DNA of 64,000 bases from assembly GCA_951804945.1 (NCBI GenBank), contig OX638151.1, positions 60,016,001-60,080,000 of the forward strand. Reading direction: 5' to 3'. The notes beneath the pieces were generated by a model. It worked only from the letters and a program-made list of their open reading frames with translations. It was not told the DNA's origin and searched no databases. The stretch's first letter is position 1; every line of letters starts with the position of its first letter. Made by a program: the position numbers and the translations under genes. Source of the stretch: Podarcis cretensis. Its lineage: Eukaryota. Below are positions 51,658 to 63,600 of the stretch, piece after piece.

Positions 51658-54600
51658 AGTTTCATTTAAAGTTTGTACCTCTTTTATTACTCAACTGCCT
51701 AGATGTAGGTAGAAAAAACTTCTGTCATCCTTGGTAAACATTTGACAAGTTTTACAACTGGTAGAGAGAATTAATCTCTACTGAAAGTGAATATCCCTGG
51801 CGTTCCTTAAACCAATGAACTGGTTTGCCAATGAACCCTGGCAAAAAGCGAGTGATGGCTACGGCTAAAGCCTGATGAAACTTAAAAAAAGACAAACTCA
51901 TTTCTAATTTCACCGAACAGGGTATCTACATGGCCAGCCCCTAAGGAACCCCTTCAAACTCCTCATGGATACATAAGATAATTCTATGCATTCATTTAGG
52001 ACTGCAGCTGGTCAGAAAAGGAAATTGAGGCTCTGTGCTGCAGCTCTTTGAAATGCCTCCATCACTTAGAGAAAACCTCTGGATCCTTATGCAAACTCAT
52101 GAAGCAATTCATATTCCGATTTGAAAGTGGCCCTGCAGAGGAGTCAACAGACTTGTCTGTGGTTACCTTGGCAACACCCTGCTGGCTCTTCAGAGGTTGG
52201 GGAGATTCAGGTCTATAAGGAGAAACATTTAACCTAATATTCTAGTGCCTTCAGAAAAAGAGTGGGAAAACGCCTCAGCTTGAGGACTATCCCCTGTCTC
52301 TAACCAAAGGGTTCATATCCCTGTCTGGAATGGGCACACTTAATCTCTAGTGTGAAAAGGTTGGAGGAAATAACTTTATAACCACTCAACACAGTAGGAA
52401 CACTCTGGCGGTTCAGATTACCCTGATGCGACAGTGTTTATGCTACACAATCAAGTAGTTTCACTCCTTGGCCCCTGAAATTTTAGCGGTGGAAAACAAG
52501 AAATATGATACCTTAACTCCTGTTTGGGGGTCTTATGAATACCTCCTGTGTAACTGATGCAATCTCCCCAAATTCCTGATTAGCATCCTTTTTATCCAGC
52601 TGAGGAACTCTGGGTAAAGGGAATGTACATCACCCATTAAGGCAGGAGCCTTACATATAAGTGACTACACTATAAAGCTTCATTCCACTCCGGGCTGACC
52701 AGTTTCTGAAACAGAATGGGAGCAGAAACAGCTCTTCCATGAGGCTTTGCATCAGGAAGACTGGTGCTTCTGTGATATAGAAGAGGCAGGATTCTCACCT
52801 GGGGCACTGAGATCCTGTACTGCCATGGCCTTACAATATAAGTGTAGGCATTGTTTGACCTGAAAACAGTCTATTAGAGACCATTTCTTTCTTTCATTTA
52901 TTTGCATTCAGAAACAACACTCCAGTCCCATTTAGTCTCTCACAGATCTAATGCAGGGTCCACAACGTCTTTCAATTGTTAAAACTGGACAGCTCTTTAC
53001 ACTTTGAAATTGCTAAGCCCTGCAGCACTGCATGAAAACCTGGAAACTTTACTTCTAACCTCTTCAGACAATGGCCATTTGAGAGGAACTTCCTCAGGGA
53101 ATGACAGCCCTGGCAACCAGAAAGTAAACCAAAGCAGCTGAAAGAATAGGAATATTTTATGCCCCAACGATGGAAGTCCTTTGCGAGGTTGTTTGTTTTT
53201 TGTTTGTTTTTGTTTGTTTGGGGTTTTTTTGCAATAAACCAGAAAGGAGAGTTCCCTTTATTTGATTCAGGACTTCAGGATATCAAAGAGATGGAAATTG
53301 GTGTTTAGCCTGCTGGACAGATCCAGGTAAGTCTTTATATAAGTCTGACAACAGTGCCTCATTGAATTGCTGAAGCTTTTCAGTATTCAGGTAGAGCCTG
53401 AGGTAGAGCCACGCCAATAGTATGCCAGGGGGGAATAGCAGTAGTGATGAAGCACTAGGCATACTTGACAGTTTAGATTACCGGTACTGATATTTGTGTA
53501 ACCAAGCCTGAAGAAAAGAGCGGGAAATTAGACCAGACTCCTTTTGGTGGGCTGCCTTTGACATGGCAGCTTTAGAGGCTCTCTCAGCTACATGACTTAG
53601 CAGTTATAGTACCTGGGACACAATGAAGGGTAGTAGCCTCACCCAATGAGAATGGACTCAGAGCTGGAGCCCTGCACACCAGAAGTTGATGCCAACTGAG
53701 AAATGCAGTGATTAAGTAGAGACTTATACAGTGCCATAAGGGTTTTAGCCTTCAGCAGTGTTTTCTTGTCCATGGCCCACTATTTCCTCAAAGTTGCAAC
53801 AGCAAATTGTCTGGAACCAATGGGGGAACCATAATCCAGTAGTTGCTGGCCATTGCTTGGCAGGATAGGTGATCTACGGTAATTAAGCGCAGATCTGCTG
53901 TGGTTGATAGTTCAGAGCTCTGGTGGGGCTTCAAAAATGGCAGGAAGGAGAACAGAGCAGCTGTTAAAAATTCCTCACACAGCCACAGACCACTAAGCTG
54001 CCTATCTAAGAAAAGGGGGAAAGGAAGCAATATGACCAAAAAGAAAAAGTCAAAAAGAAACAACCAAGTTGCCAGAGAGGAAGGAAAAGCGTAGTGGGAA
54101 ATAACAACCAAATTCCCCACAATCAACAAAATACCCCTGCAAGATGCAAACATTAAACTACACAAGACACCCCAAACTCAGAATGAGAGATAGCTCACAC
54201 TAGCTTTTGCCTCACACAAATAACATGACAGACACAACCTTTTTTTAAAAAAAACAAGCAATACCAACAGCACAAAGACAAATTCCAGAAACACAGGTAC
54301 ACAGACAAACACAGTCAAGACGTAAGTCTGAGCCAAGTTGAATGAAGAGTTTGGGACACGACATCTCAGCACAAAGGCAGGAATAAAAAACTGCAGGGGG
54401 CTGGTCAGTTGGGAGGAAAACTCTCAAATTCAGCGGCAACCCTGCCTTCAAGTGCTAGAGGGAGCTCATACCCCACCTGAGAGCATCTTCATCCAAAGGA
54501 TAAACATGCGGTATTTGCTAAGCTTTGTCCCTGCTTATCAGCATAACTCATAAGTCCAACTTGCCAAAATTTACTGTGGGGATAACAAGCAGATTAGAAA

Positions 54601-57600
54601 CAGCACCACAAATATTCATAAACTGCTTCCAGGTTAGAGCTCTTATTGCTGCTGGAGCGTTGCTCTTGTGTGATAAATTGGTAGTGATGCCACTCTGAAT
54701 ATAATAAAGCACTTCAGGTAGAAAATGATCAGTTTTCTAAAACGGTGTTATTCCTCCTAGCTGCACATATTGGGCCTCCTTCCTCTACCTTTCTAAGACA
54801 GGAACATTTTAATACCACAATACAGAATAAAATAGCCCAGATTGGAAGGGGGCATTATGGATCCAAGCCAAATATATTCACAACAGTTTGGTCATCGCAA
54901 GGGTTATGTTGGCACAAGTGTCCACAGTCAACATTCAGTTATATAATAAGGAAAACTTACAAATGTTACTACCACTTTCACATGAGCACTTTCTTAGATA
55001 CTGTATGGTTTTTTTGTTTGTTTGTTTGTTTTTGCAATCTGCATGTTGGAAGAATATTGAAACTGCCCTTAGCCAATGTTCATGAAGTAAGAATCCATAG
55101 CAGCCAATGATTCAATAGCTGCCTTATTTTTACTTTAAGTACAAATAATGTTACCAGAAACCATGCATCCAAACAGAAATAGGAAGGATACCCTTCAAAT
55201 AAGCTGCTTCTACTGTTCATTTGCAAGTTTAAAATTACTCATTACTAAGGCAGTTTTCAATTGCATCTGAAATCCCACACAGAATTGTGACATTACATAG
55301 AACAAGACATGTGAAATGAAGTAGTAAAATAGTTATGTGTCACATTTTTTGTAGAGTAAATATAGCATAAGAAATTCTTGACTCTGTCAAAAAAAGAAGT
55401 ATGCAATAACAGTCTATTACCAAAGACTGCATTGTTACAGCTACTCTAGCTTCCATAGCTGGCATGCATGACAATATGTAATCAGAAGCCCAATATTCTG
55501 CAACCAAAAAGTTATATTTTAGAAAAACAAAGTTTAATTATCTGATGATTAAGAAGACAGGACAAGTTAGAATTTAAAGTTTCCTGCTATAAAAAAATGA
55601 GGGTGAACCTCCTCACTCTACCTCTTTTGTGCCTGCAAGGAGATTCAAAGCTCCTGCTTTCTATTTTAGTTGAAATTTCTTACAATATCCAAACTTAGAA
55701 AATGGGGGTTTGTTTAAACTATGGTTTGAAAACAAGTCAGGATGTGAAATCATAGGTCTAAACCAATTTGTTCTCTCTAGTCATGAAAACAAACAAGTTT
55801 TTCCACATTTGGACACCAAGGGGAACTGTGGTTACTTGAAAATCAAAAGCTTCTCTTTGTGGTTACAAAAGACCCATGGGTTTGTTCCTCATAGGCTACA
55901 TCAAGGATGAGTCTAATTCCTGTCTTTGGCGAAATTTAAATACACAGCAAAAAACCAAAAACATCTCCCCTTTTAGCTCACATGTTATTTATATAGATTT
56001 CTTATTTAACCATTAGAAAAAAGTAACCATAGGGGCTCAATTTGTCATTTTACTGTGCTCCTATTTCCCTTCTTCATATCCAAACTTCCTGCATAGACTG
56101 CAGACTTTTAAACTATAATTACCGTAGTATTAATCTTAGGATACTATAAACACAACAGCTGAATTGAGGACTCCTAGAATATTGAAAAATACTTATTTCA
56201 CACATTATTCAGCATCACAATATATATATTCATTTTCCCAATGAAAAAAGAAATGGTTCAACTGCAATAAAAAAGTTCAGTCTTGTACATGTTTTCCCTT
56301 TATGCATTTACAGCAGTAAGTACCAAACAGGATATATGCAGTACTGTGTGAAGCAGTTCTCAGTGTCCCGAGCTATGAGGTAAAGTGACTAAAAAAGAGA
56401 GGATTATGATGATAGCTGCAAGTCAGCAGTGTAATCAGAATACTGAAAGTTTATGCACATGAACCAGAAGAGAACTTGTCAAGAGGTATTTATTTATGGT
56501 ATTCCTTTATAGGAATATAATCCAGGGCAGTTGGTAATAAGAATACGATACAATTACATAACCTAAGTACTACAAAAAAACAGAAACAGAATCCCCATCT
56601 CTCCACCATTTTGTGGCGAGGCAGCATTGTGCCACTGACATGGAGAAAAGCTGCGGGGAGGTCTCCCTCCCTGGTTGGGTAGTTGGCCACACTGCATTCT
56701 ACCTGGCCTGACTCTGGAGGCCAATCAACAGCCTGCCTGACCTCAGGGGGAAGGATTGTGAAATGGATCAACGTGAGAATTTATTCCTGCTGGTCCATTC
56801 CTATGGTATAAATAAAGCCCAGGCTATAGGGACGTGGGTGGTGCTGTGGACTGAACCACTGTTTGCATGGATTAGGGTGCTAGAATTCTGAAGTATACCT
56901 GGAGAGAACTAGAATCAGTCAAAATTGAAGACATCTTCAGACGTGGGTGGCTCTGTGAGTTAAGCCAGAGCCTAGGGGTTGCCGATCAAAAGGTCGGCGG
57001 TTTGAATCTTCGGGATGGGGTGAGCTCCCGTTGCTCGGTCCCTGCTCCTGCCAACCTAGCAGTTCGAAAGCACATCAAAGTGCAAGTAGATAAATAGGTA
57101 CCGCTCTGGTGGGAAGGTAAACGGCGTTTCCGTGTGCTGCTCTGGTTTGCCAGAAGCGGCTTAGTCATGCTGGCCACATGACTCGGAAGCTGTACGCTGG
57201 CTCCCTCGGTCAGTAAAGTGAGATGAGCGCGGCAACCCCAGAGTCGGCCACGACTGGACCTAACGGTCAGGGGTCCCTTCGCCTTTTATAGCACTAGTAT
57301 TGGAATTGTCAGTTTTCCAACCCACGTTCCTTTTGCTAGGTGTGATTTTGCTGTGGACATTTGTTGGAAAGACATTATACTGTCTTAATTGGCCTAACTA
57401 GGCTGAAAGGTTTTTGTCTACCTCAAAGAGAGGAAGCAGTTGTATTTATGTTTCAGCCATATCAGGTTTTTTTGAGTGGGGCAGTGCACTGGACAGGATC
57501 TGAAGCTTATGAGAGGACCCCAGTGGGTCTTGAAGATGGCACTTTAAAGACTATGGCTCTAGGCTCAGAGGGGTAAGATGGGTGAATGGCTGCCACACAC

Positions 57601-60600
57601 CCAGGTTGATAGTAGGACTCACAGTAGCAGCTATGGTTGCCCAGTAGGTGGGCTGGGCAGGGAGATGTGTATGCCCGATACAGATTCTTGCCTGTTGCTG
57701 CGCCAAACTCCAATATGTTGTGATCAGTAAAATTATGGCCATGTTTAATCTCCATTCTCCTTGTGCCAATTGCTCCCCAAAACCATGCCTAGAAGCACAT
57801 AGCCAACAATTAACAGAAAAGCATTTTTCAAATTCCCTACTTCATTAATCCAGAGAGCAGAATGGATGAGTCAATTATGGTGTTTAAGATAATCAGTTCC
57901 TTTTCCACCACATCTAAAAATGCCACTTCATTTAAAATGCAAATGTACAGTTGCTGGCCCAAACTAGTCACTGCTGAACCTAAACACATAATGGTTTGCT
58001 AAAGCTTTCTTCATTTTCTGACGTTCATAGACATTTAATCATAGGAGGAAACTATGTTTCTCGTCCACTCCACACTTTAGACACATACAGATGCTTTCTG
58101 AGGTTCTAGAAAAACCAAACTGGGAACCTGTAATGAACTGGGGAGCAAGGATAAGCAAGGATTGCTACTTGTTTACCCTGACATCCCTCCACATCATTGG
58201 AGGATAGAGAGACGTCAGAGAATGCTTCACCTTAGTGTAATTGCACCCTTACTACACCCTTGATTGCTTCAACTGTACAGAAATATAGCCTCTCTCTGTC
58301 ACCAAAGTATAGAGATAGCTGGGCTAAGAAAAATATATAACCCTCTTCCATAGTCACTTTAGAAGCCAATCTCCCTATCCATCCCTTTTTGCAGGGCAAA
58401 AAACCTGCATAGACTGAAGCCTGTGTATTGCTGTCTGATGAACACGACACCATACAGCAGTATGAGAGAAGCATACATGTGCAATCTTTACTGTAGCCAC
58501 TTTCTTGTGGGAGGGGGGAGGTTGGTCTATCCAAACCTCTGACATTTTCCTGCATTTCTCTCCTAATCTCTCCACCCCCATTTCCCCATGTCTTCAACAT
58601 CAACATTCAGATGCTGTAGTTAAGAACTATTAAATATACACACTACACTGAAGTCCATATAGCACATGCAAGTTTAGCAACCTCAGAAACGTTATTCCCA
58701 AATCTGTTGCTATCTTATGAAGTTTTTCTTCAGCAATGCTTCAATGTGTTAATGTATGAATCTGTGTAACTCGTATACATATAGAATAGAATCATAGAAC
58801 TGTAGTGCCCTCCAGATGTTATGGATGAAAACGCCTGTCAATCCCAGTCAGCACAGCTAAAACATGTTAAATGCAACAGGTTGGGGGAGATCGTTCCAGA
58901 CAAACACAAGCTAATAACTATGTTTCTAATGTTAAACTGCCTTAGTACAAAACTGCCTTAATTCTAATATCATGAGTACAAAAACCTGCCAGATTAATAA
59001 CTTCAGTTACCTCGTCATGTGTGTATCTGTAATCTGCCTTCTTGCATTTGAGGTCCCATAATGCTACTGTTCCTGATTCAAAACCAATCAACAGCTGTAA
59101 TAAATAACCAAAGAAAATATTAATTTTCTGGGAATGAAAATGAGTTATTTCTAGTACCTGAATACATGTGATTCAATTCTAAAAATTTCTGGATTAAAAT
59201 GCAAATGTTAAGGACAATTATAGAATCATAATACTAAAAGGTAACAATATCCTAAAACTGTAACAATACTATCAGAGACACCAAAAGATGAAATATATTT
59301 TAAATACTAAACCCAGTGTTTAGGACATGCCTACTGACAGACTATTCCAACATAAAAGAAATATACAGATACTATGATACGCAATTTCAAAGACTGTTTA
59401 AAGTACACTTGAATTGTCAGAAAAAGACAGACAAATAGTCTCATGGTTGCTTCAGTCTCAATTGAATTAAATGAATCTACCCATGGATGAACACGCAGAG
59501 GTATTAAATCTAGGAAATAAAGATCACCACAGACTGAAACTCCCAGCTTGTGGCAAACCATTTATATGAAGCAGATGCAGTGTAGTGAACTGAATTATTT
59601 TGCATGCATAGTCTGATTATTACCCTGAAGAAACACTAATCTTAAAACGTGATACAAGGTTGATTAGGAAAAATAAATTACCTGAGTCCTTATTTGATTT
59701 TCTGCAATGCTTTTGCTGCAATTATTTGTATGCCTTAAACAGATTTTATATATGTATATAGTCCTAATTCTATTAATGTTTAATTGGTTTTTTAATTATT
59801 CTTTTTTATGTTTTTATCAATTCTTATTATAATCTGTAAGGCACCTTGAATCCTATCAGGGAAAAATGAGGTATAAATACTACTGCTGCTGCTACTTCTT
59901 GTTGTTTAGTCATTTAGTCGTGCCCAACTCTTTGTGAAGAACACGCCAGGCACTCCTGTCTTCCACTGCCTCCCGCAGTTTGGTCAAACTCATGCTGGTA
60001 GCTTTGAGAACACTGTCCAACCATCTTGCCCCCTTCTTCTTGTGCCCTCCATCTTTTCCAACATCAGGGTCTTTTCCAGGGAGTCTTCTCTTCTCATGAG
60101 GTGGCCGAAGTATTGGAGCCTCAGCTTCACGATCTGTCCTTCCAGTGAGCACTCAGGGCTGATTTCCTTAAGAATGGATATGTTTGATCTTCTTGGAGTC
60201 CATGGTTCTCTCAAGAGTCTCCTCCAGCACCATAATTCTAAAGCATCAATTCTTCGGCGATCAGCCTTCTTTATGGTCCAGCAAGGTGATGTCTCTGCTT
60301 TTTAAGATGCTGTCTAGGCTCGTCATTTTTCTCCCAAGAAACAGGCGTCTTTTAATTTCGTGACTGCTGTCACCATCTGCAGTGATCATGGAGCCCAAGA
60401 AAGTAAAATCTCGCACTGCCTCTATTTCTTCCCCTTCTATTTGCCAGGAGGTGATGGGACCAGTGGCCATGATCTTCGTTTTTTGATGTTGAGCTTCAGA
60501 CCATATTTTGCACTCTCCTCTTTCACCCTCATTAAAAGGTTCTTTAATTCCTCCTCACTTTCTGCCATCAAGGTTGTGTCATCTGCATATCGGAGGTTGT

Positions 60601-63600
60601 TGATATTTCTTCCGGCAATCTTAATTCCAGTTTGGGATTCATCCAGCCCAGCCTTTCGCATGATGAGTTCTGCATATAAGTTAAATAAGCAGGGTGACAA
60701 AATACAGCCTTGTCGTACTCCTTTCCCAATTTTGAACCAATCAGTTATTCCATATCCAGTTCCAACTGTAACTTCTTGTCCCACATAGAGATTTCTCAGG
60801 AGACAGATGAGGTGATCAGGCACTCCCATTTCTTTAAGAACTTGCCATAGTTTGCTGTGGTTGACACAGTCAAATGCTTTTGCATAGTCAATGAAGCAGA
60901 AGTAGATGTTTTTCTGCTGCTACTACTATTACTAAATTCCCCAATATGGTTTGTTTCCTCCTCTTCTTCAAATATGCAGGTCACCTGCCACTTATCACAT
61001 TGCAACTGGACTTAAAACGTAGAATATTCTAAATGACTCACTACCAAAAGGGTCAAAGGAAAAGATTGACCCTAATGTAAATAAATAAGAACCAATTCAG
61101 ATATGCAGAAAGATACACCCTAGACTGTACAAATACAGGAATATTCAAATGCAACTCCATCTAAAAAAAAAAACACACTGCATGATGAAAACTATGTAAC
61201 AGGAAAAGTGGCTGTTTTGTGTTTTTAAGACACAGTTCTAATATGCATTTTGCCCTTTTAAGAAACAGAAAAACTGAAATAAAATATCTCACCTGTGCCT
61301 GAAGTGGTTTGTTTTAATTTTTTGCAATGCTCCTTTATTGCGAACTCAAAAATAATAATTCTGTTTTTGTAGTTTGTGTACATTTAAGGTGGACCATATT
61401 ACATCGACTTGAATATTAGTTTTTAGCATGGAGACTGCACATGGTATTGAACTAGAAGTTTTTGCAGTCTTTCACAGATGAAATATAAAACCAGACCACC
61501 AAAAGTAATCAGCTCTTGAATTGAAATACAGGCAGCTCCCCACTTGCGCATAACCACCACATGTGTGACACACACACCATTTTTGGTGCCAAAAGGGGGT
61601 GGAATGGGGGTGGGAGCAGAACGGGAAGGACTTGCGCACGTCCTACTGATGTGTGCAGTGGCCACGAACGGAAGCCTCGCGTAAGCAGGGATTCCCCTGT
61701 ACAACAGTCAGCTATTAGGAAAGGGTCAAAAAATAAGAGTAGAAGGCAGCATCAGGATCAAACTAGTTGGTTGACTGGTGTGGTACTCTAAAAAATAAAC
61801 GTTTCCAACTATCATCTTCTACTATTACGGAGAGAAGCAATACATGATAGTATGTTCATCTGCATGAGAACTGTAACTGAAGACACAGATAATCCTCCAT
61901 CTATACCCTATACAAACACAGAATGTATGTTTGACTGAATAATTTAGGAAGAAAAATAGTTTTAAGCCATTCTAAAAATCCACTACGTAAAAATTTCAAA
62001 ACTGGAAACCTAGAGTCCTAAAAAGTCACTCTAAAAGAACCGATATATTTTTAAAAAGTCATGTTTTTTCACAGCAAAGGTATTAAAGAGGAAAATCTGT
62101 CGTAACTTTACTGCACACTTCATAAAATGCCTCCTGCCGCTTGGAAATAATCTTCACCAATCTGGTATGCACCCGTGTCAAAACTGTTATTATGTAAGGC
62201 CCCCGCCCACATTTGCACAGAAATATCTTTAAGATCCCTTTTTAATCCTAGTATCAGAATATCGAGAGGATTTTCTAACATTTAAGATTTATATCATAAT
62301 CCTACTAAAAAAAAAAGCATTCTGAAGTACTAAATTCCATTTAATCCAGTAAATGTGGAAAATTAGATCTCTTTCTTGTATACAAATTATGTATACTGCC
62401 TAAAAATGTCACTAAAATGTCATAAGTATGAGTTTACATTGGCAAGATGTCTATGTATGCTTTATACATATAATTTTGAAACAGCATTGTGTCATAAGCC
62501 GCTACTTATGAACATCCAATAGCGATGCTTGCATAATAGCGATGCTTGCATAATAGTCCAGATGCTGGAGATGATTTCATTGCCACTAACTACCGTTTTT
62601 CTGGGGGATCAGTCTCTAGGACATATGACAAGGCACTTCAGTTGTTGTTCTTAGAAGAGCACAAAATTATACATGAATGAAACGTGAAGGATGGACATAA
62701 ACCTTTTTTAATGTTAATTCACAATAAGGACATTATCTTTTCAGTAAGAATAGGTTTCTAAAGCCCTATCATGTCCTTCAGTGGAGGAAGAGGGCTTTAT
62801 AGTATAAAAGTAATGAAGAGGATAATTGTTTTACCCATTCTCCACTGATATATATTTTTTTTTTTTTTGCTTCAATTAGCCCACAGCAGTGACCCCTGTG
62901 TGGCTCCCAAAGCAGTCTACACATTTCCCCAAGTGTGTGTTTGTGTGGCCACTTTTGCAAAGGAATATATAACACTTCATCCAAATAGTTATTGATAAGG
63001 GCATCTTGACACCTAAACATGGTTCTCACCAGAACTTCCAAATTCTATTCCTATTATTAATAAACGTATTTACTTAACATGCATATTTCAACATAAATCT
63101 CTAAGCAGTTTATGTATGTCAACGAAAATAAAAATTAAAAATGCAGTAATTTCATATTCAAAACTGTTGCTAATGGTAATAAAAGTAAATTCCACAGTTT
63201 AAGCAACAATTGATTTCAGAACCATGTAACTAAGCACATAAATAAAATATATACCATATAATTGAAGCCTATACAAAACATCAAAATACATCAAAACACA
63301 ACATCAAAATAAAACCTAACTGCAGCATATATCAAGAAAATCTCATAACTATTACAAAAAAAAACCCCTAACACATGATAAAAAACAAGAATTCAGGAGC
63401 CATGCTGTCATCCTCAATCGGGAAGCATTCACACTCTCCTTGCACCACACCATCCACTTAGTTCTCCCTTCAATAAAACAAGCAACAACCAATAGGCATG
63501 CACAAAAAGATAGCTCTGTTGAATAAGAGCACTTCAACATTAGAAAGTCCAATGAATAAGAAAAAGAAGAATAGAAACAAAAAAAGCCATCTCTCATCCA

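Noticed and set aside
59934-60788. Long plus-strand ORFs (123 and 142 aa)
   Set aside because: Antisense frames of the Bov-B RT.
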